Origin: an uncultured Spirochaetota bacterium
Lineage (GTDB): Bacteria > Spirochaetota > Spirochaetia > SZUA-6 > Fen-1364
DNA length: 64,000 nt
Reading direction: 5' to 3'
NCBI GenBank assembly: GCA_963781885.1
Contig: CAWAHW010000007.1
Location: forward strand, 224,001 to 288,000
Shown: piece by piece, positions 31,430 through 41,463 of the stretch
Numbering within the stretch: the first letter of the stretch is position 1
How the letters are laid out: the number at the start of each line of letters is the position of its first letter
Translations under genes and position numbers: made by a program
The notes under the pieces: generated by a model
What the model saw: the letters and a program-made list of their open reading frames with translations, nothing else
Databases searched by the model: none
Told to the model about the DNA's origin: nothing

Positions 31430-32131
31430 ATGATGCGATGCGAGGGGCTTTCCAAGAACTTCATCCTGCACGTGCGCGGGGGGGCGCTCATCGAGGCTTT
31501 CCGGGACGTGAGCTTCACGCTGGAGCCCGGCCAGTTCCTCGGCGTGAGCGGGCCGAGCGGCAGCGGCAAATCGTCGCTCCTGAAATGCCTCTATCGCACC
31601 TACCTGCCCTCCGCGGGCAAGGTCTGGTACACCGATGCCCGCTCCCGCACGCACAACCTGTCCGCCGCAGACGAGCACGTCATCCTCCGTTTGCGGCGAC
31701 AGGAGATCGGCTATATATCCCAGTTCCTTCCCGTCATCCCCCGCGTCTCTGCGCTGGACACCATTGCCAACGGCATGGTCGCGCGCGGTCATGCCCGGCC
31801 GGAGAGCGAGACGCGGGCGCGCGAGCTCCTGGAGCGCCTGGGCATCCCGCAGCGGCTGTGGGCGATGTATCCCTCCACGTTTTCCGGCGGGGAGAAGCAG
31901 CGCATCAACATCATCCACGCCGTCATCGCGCGCCCGCGTCTCCTGCTCCTCGACGAGCCCACCGCGTCCCTGGATGCGGCCTCCGCGCGCGAGGCGGTAT
32001 CGCTCATCCAGGAGCTCCAGGCGGACGGCACCGCGATGATCGGCGTCTTCCACGACACGGCGCTCCTCTCCCGGCTCTCCGACGCGGTGATCGAGATGGC
32101 GCCCCTGCGCGACGTGGAGGCGGCGTCGTGA
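31430..32131 (+). CDS. phnL: C-P lyase ABC-ATPase PhnL
   Basis: GPSGSGKSSLLKCLYRTY, YISQFL..IPRV, PSTFSGGEKQRIN. Confidence 0.94.
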   Translation: MMRCEGLSKNFILHVRGGALIEAFRDVSFTLEPGQFLGVSGPSGSGKSSLLKCLYRTYLPSAGKVWYTDARSRTHNLSAADEHVILRLRRQEIGYISQFLPVIPRVSALDTIANGMVARGHARPESETRARELLERLGIPQRLWAMYPSTFSGGEKQRINIIHAVIARPRLLLLDEPTASLDAASAREAVSLIQELQADGTAMIGVFHDTALLSRLSDAVIEMAPLRDVEAAS

Positions 32132-33357
32132 AGGACACCGTCATCACGAACGTGCGCATCGTCACCCCCGGCGTCGTGATCGACCATGGCACCCTGACGG
32201 CGCGCGACGGGCGCATCGTGTCGATAACCCGCGGCGCGGCCTCGTTGGACCGCGACGCCGCGGACGGCCGCGGCAGGCTGCTCCTGCCGGGTTTCATCGA
32301 CCTGCACAACGACGGCATCGAGCAGGAGCTGGAGCCGCGACCGCGCGCCCTGTTCCCTCTGTCGGTGGCCCTGCCCGCGTTGGAGTCCCGGCTCGTGAGC
32401 CACGGCATCACGACCATCTTCCACTCCTTCTCCTTCATGGACGGCCGGGAGGGAAGCCTCGAGTCCGAGCGCCTCGAGCCGACGATACGCGAGCTCAACA
32501 GGCTGCGCCGCACGGGCGTGATCCGTCACCTCGTGCACGCCCGTTACGAGATGGTCGAGTTTCAGCACTTCGAGCGGCTCCGCCGGCTGATCGACGACCG
32601 GCAGGTGGGGCTGGTGTCCTTCATGGATCACACCCCGGGGCAGGGGCAGTATCGGAACGTGGAGCACCTCGTGAGCTACTACGCGCGGAAATACAACTCC
32701 ACACGGGCGGAGGTGGACGCGCTGATCGAGGAAAGAAACAGGAAGGCCCTCAATCCCGCGGTCGGGGCGACACTGGAGAAGCTCGCGGCGCACGTCCGCG
32801 CGGCGGGCCTTCCCCTTGCGTCGCACGATGACGATACCCCCGAAAAGGTCGCCCGCATGCGCGCGCTGGGTGTCGGCATCTGTGAGTTTCCGGTGGACCC
32901 GGCAGCCGCGCTCGCCGCCGCGCGCGGGGGGCTGCACGTCGCGGTGGGCGCCCCGAATGTCCTGCGGGGAAAATCGACCACGGGCAACCTGAGCGCGCTG
33001 GAGGCCATTGCGAGCAACGCGGCGGACATCCTCTGCTCCGACTACTACACCCCCGCGCTCCTGCACGCGGTGTTCCGTCTCGTGCGGGACCGGGTGCTTC
33101 TCTTGCCCGATGCCGTGCGGATGGTGAGCGTGCATCCGGCGCGCGCCGCGGGCCTGGACGCGGAGCTCGGCGCCCTGGAGGTCGGCAAGCGCGCCGACAT
33201 GGTCCTCGTGAACGACAGCGAGGTCCCGGCCGTGGTCGGCGCCTGGGTGGGCGGGCAGCGCGTCTATGAGAAGCGCGACGGCACGCTGGATGTCACGGGC
33301 GAACGGTGGGCGGAGGAAGCGGCGCCGAAGACGAGGGAGACGGCCCGTGCTGTATGA
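32128..33357 (+). CDS. phnM: Alpha-D-ribose 1-methylphosphonate 5-triphosphate diphosphatase
   Basis: PGFIDLHND, MDHTPGQGQY, ASHDDD, GAPNVLRG, LCSDY. Confidence 0.95.
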   Translation: MKDTVITNVRIVTPGVVIDHGTLTARDGRIVSITRGAASLDRDAADGRGRLLLPGFIDLHNDGIEQELEPRPRALFPLSVALPALESRLVSHGITTIFHSFSFMDGREGSLESERLEPTIRELNRLRRTGVIRHLVHARYEMVEFQHFERLRRLIDDRQVGLVSFMDHTPGQGQYRNVEHLVSYYARKYNSTRAEVDALIEERNRKALNPAVGATLEKLAAHVRAAGLPLASHDDDTPEKVARMRALGVGICEFPVDPAAALAAARGGLHVAVGAPNVLRGKSTTGNLSALEAIASNAADILCSDYYTPALLHAVFRLVRDRVLLLPDAVRMVSVHPARAAGLDAELGALEVGKRADMVLVNDSEVPAVVGAWVGGQRVYEKRDGTLDVTGERWAEEAAPKTRETARAV

Positions 33358-34033
33358 GATCGACATGAAGCCGCGCGGCCGCGGCGCCGCCCCGGGCGCC
33401 CGGCTTTCCGAAAAGCCTTTCATCCATGACGGCGCCATGGTGGAGGCAAGCCGTCTGGGCTCCTGGACGGAAATCGGGCGGAACAGTCACGTCGTGGAAT
33501 CGACCATCGGCGACTACACCTACGACGATGGCGATGCCTCCATTTTTTACGCGCAGATCGGGAAGTTCTGCTCCATCGCGAACAGGGTGCGCATCAATCC
33601 CGGCAACCATCCATCGGACCGGGTCGCCCAGCATCACATGACCTATCGACGGGTCAAGTTCGGACTGGATACCCATGATGATGAGGGGTTTTTCACCTGG
33701 CGCCGCGCGCACCCCTGCATCATCGGACACGACGTGTGGATCGGGCACGCGGCGGTCGTGATGCCGGGCGTGAAGATCGGCACGGGCGCCATCGTCGGCT
33801 CGGCGGCGGTGGTCACGCACGACGTGGAGCCGTACACGGTCGTGGTCGGCGTGCCGGCCCGGCCCCTGCGCGCGCGCTTCAGCGGCGAGGTGATCGCGAA
33901 GCTGCTGGAAAGCAGGTGGTGGGACTGGAGCCGCGAGGAGCTTGTCGCCAACTGGCGCGACCTGTGCGACCTGGACGCTTTCCTGGCGAGGTATGCGGCG
34001 CCCGCGGCCCGCGCGCGCGCGACGGCACCGTGA
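33347..34033 (+). CDS. Hexapeptide-repeat (LbetaH) acetyltransferase of phn clusters
   Basis: IGKFCSIA..INPGNHP..HHMTYR, IGHDVWIGH. Confidence 0.88.
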   Translation: MLYEIDMKPRGRGAAPGARLSEKPFIHDGAMVEASRLGSWTEIGRNSHVVESTIGDYTYDDGDASIFYAQIGKFCSIANRVRINPGNHPSDRVAQHHMTYRRVKFGLDTHDDEGFFTWRRAHPCIIGHDVWIGHAAVVMPGVKIGTGAIVGSAAVVTHDVEPYTVVVGVPARPLRARFSGEVIAKLLESRWWDWSREELVANWRDLCDLDAFLARYAAPAARARATAP

Positions 34034-34839
34034 ATCCCCATCTCCTTGCAACGGCCACCGTGGCGGCGCGCGCCGCGGGCGACATCATCGCGCGCAGCAG
34101 CGGCCGCGCCCTTCACGTGGATGATGCACCGGCGCACGACCTGAAGCTCGCTCTGGACCGCCTCTGCGAAGCGGAGATACTGCGCGTGATCCGCGCCGCC
34201 TTCCCCGACCACGCGATCCTTTCAGAGGAGACGGGATACATACCGGGCCGCGCCTCATTCCTCTGGATCGTCGACCCCCTGGACGGCACGGTGAACTTCT
34301 ACCACGGCATACCGTTCTTCTGTACCAGCATTGCCTGCTACGCGCTGCGGGAAGAGGCGACGGGGCACCGGTTCCCGGACGGCCGGACCCTTGGAGACCC
34401 GTTGGTCGGCGTGGTCTACAATCCGCTGCGGGAGGAGATGTTCGTCGGCGCGGCAGGCGAGGGGGCATCGCTGAATCACGTGCCGCTTGCCGCGCCGACG
34501 GCGTCACGTCTGGACCAGGCGGTCGTCGCACTTTCCTTTGGCGCGCGCGAAGAGAGCATCGCCTGCATGAGCCGGCTTCTTCCCGACCTTGTGCGGTCGA
34601 CGCGGAAGATACGGAGCTTCGGGAGCACCGCGCTGGACATTGTGCAGGTCGCGGCGGGACGCGTCGGGGCTTTCGTCCAGATGGGCACGAATCTCTGGGA
34701 TTTCGCCGCGGCCGCCGTGGTGGCCCGGGAGGCGGGCGCGGTGGTCGACGCGCAGGAATACCGACGCGGCCGGTGGAAGATCGTCGCCAGCGCCGCGGGC
34801 ATCTACGATGCGATCAGGGCGAAGGTGGGGCATGAGTGA
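34030..34839 (+). CDS. Inositol-monophosphatase-family (FIG) phosphatase
   Basis: ILSEE, WIVDPLDGTVNF, WDFAAA; GTGA overlap. Confidence 0.92.
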   Translation: MNPHLLATATVAARAAGDIIARSSGRALHVDDAPAHDLKLALDRLCEAEILRVIRAAFPDHAILSEETGYIPGRASFLWIVDPLDGTVNFYHGIPFFCTSIACYALREEATGHRFPDGRTLGDPLVGVVYNPLREEMFVGAAGEGASLNHVPLAAPTASRLDQAVVALSFGAREESIACMSRLLPDLVRSTRKIRSFGSTALDIVQVAAGRVGAFVQMGTNLWDFAAAAVVAREAGAVVDAQEYRRGRWKIVASAAGIYDAIRAKVGHE

Positions 34840-35392
34840 GGCCGTCCGTTTCATCATCATCACGACGCCGCCTGCCGAAACGTCGCGGGAGATTGACGTC
34901 GTACGCCGCCTGGTCTGCCAGATCGGCAGGTCGCAGGCCGCGCTTGCCTATCCTCCGCACGTGACGCTCCGAACCGGCGCGCGCGTGCCGCCCGAGCTCA
35001 TCCCGACATTCCTCGATGCATTCGGCGCGGCGGTCGGCGCGTGGGAGCCCTTTCCCATCCGCACCGCCGGCATCTGGCAGACAACCTATTTGGACGGGGA
35101 AAGGGAAAAATTCCTCGTTGGCTACAGGGTGGAGAAGAGCCCCGCGCTCGCGGCATTGAACGAAAGGCTCCTGCGGGTATCGACATGGCGCGCAAGCAAC
35201 AGGCTGCACTTCGAGCCGCACCTCACCCTTGCATATGACGACCTGGACCTCGACGGCTACCGATCCATCGAAAGCTGGCGGGAGCAGAGCCCCCGCGGCC
35301 TGCCGGAAGGTTTCACGTGGACCTGCGACAACGTGGGTCTGTTCTATCTCGATGAGGAAGACTGGACGCCGTACAAGGTGTGGCGCGTCTGA
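34832..35392 (+). CDS. 2H phosphoesterase (2'-5' RNA ligase-like)
   Basis: Two HxT motifs (PPHVTL, EPHLTL). Confidence 0.85.
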   Translation: MSEAVRFIIITTPPAETSREIDVVRRLVCQIGRSQAALAYPPHVTLRTGARVPPELIPTFLDAFGAAVGAWEPFPIRTAGIWQTTYLDGEREKFLVGYRVEKSPALAALNERLLRVSTWRASNRLHFEPHLTLAYDDLDLDGYRSIESWREQSPRGLPEGFTWTCDNVGLFYLDEEDWTPYKVWRV

Positions 35393-35422
35393 GCTGGCCG
35401 CGGGAGGCGCCGCCCGCCGCGC

Positions 35423-36241
35423 CTAGATGGCGACGTGTCGCGTCTTCTTGAGCCGGGTCGCGCCGATTTCGAGCGCAATGGCCACGAGCAGGATGAGCCA
35501 CGTGATGTACCCCACCTCGCCGATGTTGAAGTAGAAGCCCGATGCCATGAAGAGATCGAAGCCGATGCCCCCGGCGCCCGCGGCGGCGCCCATGGCGACG
35601 GCGTTCGTGAAATTGATCTCGAAGCGCATGAATGTCCACGAAATCACCGACCCCATGGACGACGGGATGACGGCGCGCGTGACGATCACGAGCCACCCGG
35701 CACCGGTCGCTTTCAACGCCTCGATGACACCCGTGTCGATCTCCTCGAATGCTTCGGAATACGCTTTCACGAGGTACGCGAAGGAATGGAATGTCATGCC
35801 GACGACCGCGGCCACGCTTCCCAGGCCTGCGCCGATGGCGAAGATCAGCACCCAGAGCACCGTCGGCACGGCACGGATGAACGCGACGAAGCCCTTCAGG
35901 ACATTGACGACCGCGCGGGGGCTCAGGTTCTTGGCCGCAAATGGACCGACGATCAGGGCCAGGATGGCGCCGAGGAGCGTCGTGAGAAAGCCGAGACTGA
36001 GCGTCAGCAGGATCGCCTTCAACGCCTCCAGGAAACTGAAATGCTGCGCGGAAGGCCGGGTCATCATGCCCCCCAGGTCGTGAAAGAGCTTGAGGGAAGC
36101 CTTGCCGACGTCGAGATGCTTCGTGTCGAGGAGAAAGAATCCCGCGACCGTGACGCCCGCGAGGAGGAGCAGGGTCGCGTTCAGCGCAACGGTGGAGGCG
36201 GTCCTCCGGCGGACGGGCAGATGCCGCGTTGGCTCTTTCAC
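35423..36241 (-). CDS. phnE: Phosphonate ABC permease
   Basis: FIRAVPTVLW, KAYSEAFEEID, RFEINF..GAGGIG; GTGA overlap. Confidence 0.9.
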   Translation of the reverse strand: MKEPTRHLPVRRRTASTVALNATLLLLAGVTVAGFFLLDTKHLDVGKASLKLFHDLGGMMTRPSAQHFSFLEALKAILLTLSLGFLTTLLGAILALIVGPFAAKNLSPRAVVNVLKGFVAFIRAVPTVLWVLIFAIGAGLGSVAAVVGMTFHSFAYLVKAYSEAFEEIDTGVIEALKATGAGWLVIVTRAVIPSSMGSVISWTFMRFEINFTNAVAMGAAAGAGGIGFDLFMASGFYFNIGEVGYITWLILLVAIALEIGATRLKKTRHVAI

Positions 36242-37038
36242 AGGATGACTCGACGCAGGGCGTTGGACACCGTCTCGATGACGATGACGACAATCACCAC
36301 ACCGATGACGACCAGGGCGGCAGAGGGATAGTTCATGCTCTTGTAGTACACGTCGAAAAGGAAGCCGATGCCCGTTCCCGTGAGGATGCCGACCAGGGTC
36401 GCGTCCCGGATATTCGTCTCCACCATGTAGAGCATCCAGCTTGCGATCTGCGGCATGATGGAGGGAAAGACGGCCTGGGTCACGGTCTGCAGCCAGGAGG
36501 CGCCGGACGCGCGCAGGGCCTCCACCGAGCTGTCGGCGGTTTCCTCGATCACCTCGGTATAGGCGCGCGTGAGATAGCCCACCGTGCCGATGAAAAGCGC
36601 GAGGAGACCGGTGAGGACGTTCTGACCGAATGAGAGAAGGAAGATCATCGCCCACGCCACCACGGGTATGTTCCGGCAGACGGAGGCGATGAGCCGGACG
36701 AGCAGCGTCACCGTCGCGTGGGGGCGCGTCGTGCGGGAGGCGAGGATCGCCAGGGCCAGCGCGGCGGCCGCGCCCAGCACGCTCGCCATGACCGAGACGA
36801 GTATCGTCTCACCGAGCTTCATCACGATGTTCGGCAGCGCCCGCAGGGCGCGCGCGTTGGGGATGAAGTTGACGGCGAGCCATTCGATCGCCTTGGGGAA
36901 GGAACGCAGACAGTCGCGGAAGCTGAAATCCGTGAGAAGGGAGGAGCCCGCCGTCAGCGCGCCGATGACAAGAAGCCCTCCCAGGAACGCGAGGTTGCGG
37001 CGGAGGAGCACCTTGCGCACGGCAAGGGCGGATGTCAT
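36238..37038 (-). CDS. phnE: Phosphonate ABC permease
   Basis: RNIPVVAWA, VEALRASGA, ETNIRDATLVG. Confidence 0.9.
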   Translation of the reverse strand: MTSALAVRKVLLRRNLAFLGGLLVIGALTAGSSLLTDFSFRDCLRSFPKAIEWLAVNFIPNARALRALPNIVMKLGETILVSVMASVLGAAAALALAILASRTTRPHATVTLLVRLIASVCRNIPVVAWAMIFLLSFGQNVLTGLLALFIGTVGYLTRAYTEVIEETADSSVEALRASGASWLQTVTQAVFPSIMPQIASWMLYMVETNIRDATLVGILTGTGIGFLFDVYYKSMNYPSAALVVIGVVIVVIVIETVSNALRRVIL

Positions 37039-37808
37039 CCCGCCTGCTCCTCGAACAGGATGTCGTCCGCCTCCGATCCGTAGATCTCCGCGACGACCTT
37101 CTTTTTCAGCTTGTGCGCCTCGTCGTCGTAGCAGATCCTGCCTTCGCGGATGCCGATGATGCGGTCGGAATACCGGATGGCGACGTCGACCTGGTGCAGG
37201 TTCATGAGGATCGTGATGTTCATCTCGCGGCAGATGTGGTGGAGCTTGTCCATGATCTTCTTCGCGGAGCTGGGGTCGAGCGACGCGATGGGCTCGTCGC
37301 AGAGGATCACCCGTGGCTCCTGCACGAGCGCCCGCGCGATGCCGACCCGCTGCTTCTGCCCGCCGGAGAGCTGGTCGCACCGCTTGTGCATCTGGTCGGC
37401 AAGCCCGAGCCGGTCCAGCACGTCGTAGGCGCTTTCCTTCTCCGCCGCCGTGTAGAGGCCGAAGACGCCCGCAAGCGTCGACTTGTACCCCAGCCGGCCG
37501 TGCAGCACGTTTTCAAAGACCGTCTGCCGCGGCACGAGGTTGAAGTGCTGGAAGATCATGCCGATGCGCGTCCGAAGGCGCCGCAGCTCCGTCCGCTTCA
37601 GCGCCAGGACGTCCATGCCGTCGAAATCGATGTGTCCCGCGCTCGCCTCCACCATCCGGTTCACGCAGCGCAGGAGGGTGGACTTTCCCGCTCCCGACCT
37701 GCCGATGATGGTGACGAACTCGCCGGCTCTCACTTTCAGGCTGACGTCGGAGAGCGCGGCGACGTCCTTGTAGTTCTTCGTCAGGTGCTTGATTTCCAGG
37801 ATGGCCAT
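37035..37808 (-). CDS. phnC: Phosphonate ABC ATPase
   Basis: GRSGAGKSTLLRCVN, ENVLHGRLG, LSGGQKQRVGIAR, DEPIASLDP. Confidence 0.94.
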   Translation of the reverse strand: MAILEIKHLTKNYKDVAALSDVSLKVRAGEFVTIIGRSGAGKSTLLRCVNRMVEASAGHIDFDGMDVLALKRTELRRLRTRIGMIFQHFNLVPRQTVFENVLHGRLGYKSTLAGVFGLYTAAEKESAYDVLDRLGLADQMHKRCDQLSGGQKQRVGIARALVQEPRVILCDEPIASLDPSSAKKIMDKLHHICREMNITILMNLHQVDVAIRYSDRIIGIREGRICYDDEAHKLKKKVVAEIYGSEADDILFEEQAG

Positions 37809-37829
37809 GGGGATCGCTCCTTGAACAAA

Positions 37830-37852
37830 GGCCCCGGGGCGCGCCCGGGGCC
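37830..37852 (-). terminator. GC-rich hairpin downstream of phnD (attenuator or mRNA stabiliser)
   Basis: GGCCCCGGG-N5-CCCGGGGCC followed by TTTGTT on the minus strand. Confidence 0.6.
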
Positions 37853-37877
37853 GGGTCGAACGGGGAATATTCGCTTC

Positions 37878-38909
37878 TTACTGCATCAGGGCGCGGATGT
37901 CGCTGTACCAGACGCCATCCACGGCGACGAAGTGTTCCTTGTCCGTCTTCGCCCAGAGTCCCTTGTAGGGGTTGCCGCTCTCGTCCTTGTAATCCTTGGG
38001 CGTGAATATCTTCGGGTTGTTCGAGGTGGAATCCGCCGTGAAAGCGGCGCGGAGGGCCTTGAACATTGCCGGGTCGACCAGATCGGTGTTGACGATGATC
38101 GGGGCCTGGCGGACCGTCGATGCGGAGATGACGGTGAAGGAGGCGCCGGGGACGGTGTCAAACGGTGCGTCGGCGCCCTGCTTCACCTTGTACACCGCGC
38201 CGGGGGTGTTCACCTTGCCGGAGACGAGGTTGAAGTAGCTGCTCACGTCGGTGTCATCCACGGCGCAAACGTCTGCCTTGTTCGAGAGGACGTTGAAGAT
38301 GGAGCCCTGGTGCGACTGGCCGAAGAGAACCTGGCCGAAGAACTGGTCGGGTCCGCCCTGGAGGAAGAGGTCTTCCACCTTCTGGTCGGTCCAGCCCATC
38401 TGCTTGGCGAAATAGGATTTGATCACGTTCGCCGGAATGACGAAGCCCGATGTCGAGCTGGAGGACACGAACGACATCGTCTTGCCCTTGATATTGTCCA
38501 GCGCGTAGGCGTTGCCCTTCATGTACTGGGGCGCGTCCGCGGTCCTGACCGCGATGCGGCTGTAATAGACCGAGTCGGCAAGGGTGCCCTTGGCGCTGGA
38601 GATGGTGACAAGCGGCACGACCTTGGGGTTCTTCTGGGCTGCCTGGATGTAGCCGACGGCGCCCGGGTAGCAGATGGCCGCATTGCCCGTCGCGATGGCC
38701 TCGATGGCGATCACATAGTCGGTCGTGAGCTTGTCGATGACCTGCCGACCCGTTGCCTTGGCGATCAGGTCGTCCAGCGAGCCGCGGGCTGCCTTCCAGT
38801 CCTCACCCGAATTGTTCGGGTACCAGACCACCACGAGGGGTTTGTCCGCGGCGGCGATCGCTCCGACCGCGATCAGCCCTGCCGCGAGGACGAGCAGAAG
38901 CTTCTTCAT
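37878..38909 (-). CDS. phnD: Phosphonate ABC substrate-binding protein
   Basis: Signal peptide, TTDYVIAIEA, SSTSGFVIP, FGQSHQGS; heads phnDCEE. Confidence 0.9.
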   Translation of the reverse strand: MKKLLLVLAAGLIAVGAIAAADKPLVVVWYPNNSGEDWKAARGSLDDLIAKATGRQVIDKLTTDYVIAIEAIATGNAAICYPGAVGYIQAAQKNPKVVPLVTISSAKGTLADSVYYSRIAVRTADAPQYMKGNAYALDNIKGKTMSFVSSSSTSGFVIPANVIKSYFAKQMGWTDQKVEDLFLQGGPDQFFGQVLFGQSHQGSIFNVLSNKADVCAVDDTDVSSYFNLVSGKVNTPGAVYKVKQGADAPFDTVPGASFTVISASTVRQAPIIVNTDLVDPAMFKALRAAFTADSTSNNPKIFTPKDYKDESGNPYKGLWAKTDKEHFVAVDGVWYSDIRALMQ

Positions 38910-38960
38910 GATTTATCCTCCTTGACGCGAACGCCGTGTCGGCGTCCACGTTCGCGGAGG

Positions 38961-39014
38961 ACTGTAGGAGCGCGCCGTTAGGAAAGAATGAGCGTTCTGT
39001 TAGGAGAGAGTGAA
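38961..39014 (-). promoter_or_regulatory. Pho-box-like array and -10 element for phnD
   Basis: TTCACT/CTAACA/CTCATT/CTAACG at exact 11-bp period; TACAGT 9 nt downstream. Confidence 0.7.
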
Positions 39015-39094
39015 TTTTCGCCCGAACAGCGGTTGGGCGTGACGGCGCCCGGTGCGGCGGCGGACAGGGCGAGCGGGGGCGAAGCCGGTGACTG

Positions 39095-41276
39095 CTACAG
39101 CGCGCACCCCACGGCATACCCTGCCTTGACCGCCTCGAAGATCCGTCCGACGTGGAAGGCATCCCCGATGCAGTGGATCCCCGGGGCCACGCCGCCACTC
39201 ACGCAGACGTCATACAGGGACATGTCGGGCGCAAGCCCTGTCGCCAGTACAACGGCATCCGCCTCCAGCCGCTCCTCCACCATCTCCTCGCGTAGCGCGC
39301 GGCCCAGCGGGTTGGGGACGCTCTCCGGCAGGAGCGGCGTCCACGTGCAGAAGGGGTCAGGCACGGTCTTTGATGCGTTGCGTGAGATGACGACCTCGGG
39401 GACAAGGATTTCGGTGACCCGCGTGCAATTCAGGAGCTGCACCTTCGCCTGCTCCAGCACGTGAATGAGGTGACCGCGATTCGCCGTGCACACCCCTTTC
39501 ATGAATGCGGGCAGCATCTCGATGACCGTGACCTCCTTGCCCAGCTCCACGGCGAGGAAGTGGGCGCATTCGCATCCGGTCGGTCCGCCGCCGATCACGA
39601 GCACGCGGCGCGCCGCGTCGAGCAGCGCGGGATTTTCCAGGAGATCGGTCGCGCGGATCACGCCTGATGAATCCACTCCCTTGACGGGAAGGGCCGTTTG
39701 CCGCGCCCCGGTGCAGATGACGACCTCATCGTAGCGTCCCTGCTTCAGCGTTTCAACGTTCGGCGCCGCGCCGAGCTGCACGTGAAGGGAGCCGGCCCCC
39801 TGCGCCTCCTGCACGCGGTGCTGGAGATGGGAAAGATAGTTCGCCACCTCGTACTTGATGCGCGGCCGCGAACCCGGCACGAGCATGCCGCCGATGCGCG
39901 CGCGCTTCTCGAAGAGAGTGACGGTGTGACCCCGGCGCGCGGCCGTGAGGGCGCACTGGAGGCCCGCCGGTCCGGCGCCGACGACGGCGATGTGCCGGGC
40001 CACGGCCGCGCGCCCCGGGTCCTCCGGCAGCGAGTCTTCGAAACCGGTGCGCGGGTTGACGGCGCACTGGATGTGGCCGCCTTCCACGATCTCGTTCAGG
40101 CATCCTTCCTGGTCGCCGATGCACGGCGTGATGTCCATGAGCCTTCCCGTCCGTGCCTTGTTCGGCCACTCAGGGTCGGCCAGCAAGGGACGGGAAAGCA
40201 TCACCATGTCGCACGCCCCGTCGCGAAGGGCCTGCTCGGCAAGGTCCGGGTATCCAAGCTTGCCGACCGCCACGATGGGAATGGGCACGCCCGCGTTCGA
40301 CACGATCCCGCGCTCCGCGAAATGTCTTTTGACGGCCTGCGCAACCGGCAGGAAGCACCCTGACGGTGCCGACAGGGGCGGATGAGGCAGCCACCAGTTG
40401 TCGTACCCGCCGAGGTCGACGTCGAAAATGTCCACGCCTGCTTTTACGAGATTCTCCATGTAGGCGAGCGTCATCACGACGGTCCGCTCGCGCCGGAACT
40501 TCCGGAGCGTTTTCACGCTATCCATCCGCTTGCCGTAGGTTTCCGCCAGCGCGAGCGACAGGTCGATGCGGTACATCAACGGGTACTGCGGCCCGACCCT
40601 TTTCCGAATCTCTTTCGTCATCTCCACGCCGAAGGCCTGCCAGTCCGCGAAGTGCCCCCACCGTCTCCTGTTGAACGCGGGGTTTGCCATTTGCTCGAGC
40701 AGGTAGCCCTCGTGCCCGTGGAGGTAGACGCCATCGATACCCAGGGACATCGCGTTTGCCGCGGCTTGACCGGTTGCGCGGATCAGGGCGCGGCACTGGC
40801 GGTCGGTGAGCCGCCGGGCAGGGGATCTGGGGAATGTAGTAGTTGCGATTCCACGATGCCGACACCGGCAGCGCGTGCTTCGACATGAGGCATTCGGGAG
40901 AGCCGACCCTGCCCATGCCCGCGGTGAGCTGGATGAAAAAGCACGCGCCGTGGGCGTGGACCGCGGTGGCAATGTCGCGCCAGCCGCTGAAGACGCTGCG
41001 CGAGCCTTCGACCCGGGGGAAATAGCTCTTGCCTCCGGGCTCCGTGACGGTGGGATCGATGCGATGATCGACCGGTATGAGGCCGGAGGTGATCAGGCCC
41101 GCGCCGCCGCGCGCCCTCTCGGCAAAATACTCGATCATCTTGGGCGAAGGCCGCCCCGTCTCCTCCGCCATGCCGAAGTTCCCCATGGGACCCATGCAGA
41201 TGCGGTTCTTTATCGACAGGTGATTCACCCGCACGGGGGAGAACAGCGATGCGTAGGGGTACAGACTTTTCGTCAT
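39095..41276 (-). CDS. NADH:flavin oxidoreductase (enoate/2,4-dienoyl-CoA reductase family), frameshift ~40820
   Basis: IKNRICMGPM, ERARGGAGLI, HGHEGYLLEQ, CIGDQEGC..C, GAGPAG. Confidence 0.88.
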
Positions 41277-41463
41277 GCGGCCGCCGGCGGGCGCGTCCGG
41301 GCCGCGCGGCCAGGAATCGATGCGGGCGATGACATCGCGAATGGGGGCGTTATGGTTGTCGGGCATGCCAGGAATCCTATCGCCGGGAAAGCGCTCGTGC
41401 AAGCGAAAGCGGGCCTCCAATACTTGACGGCGGCCGCGGCGCGCGTGATGATGCGGTCACATC

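Noticed and set aside
37032-38981. Long antisense and alternative-frame ORFs (this one, also 1915-3693, 6950-8698, 30539-32053, 31789-33438)
   Set aside because: Shadow ORFs expected in high-GC DNA over well-supported genes; no motifs
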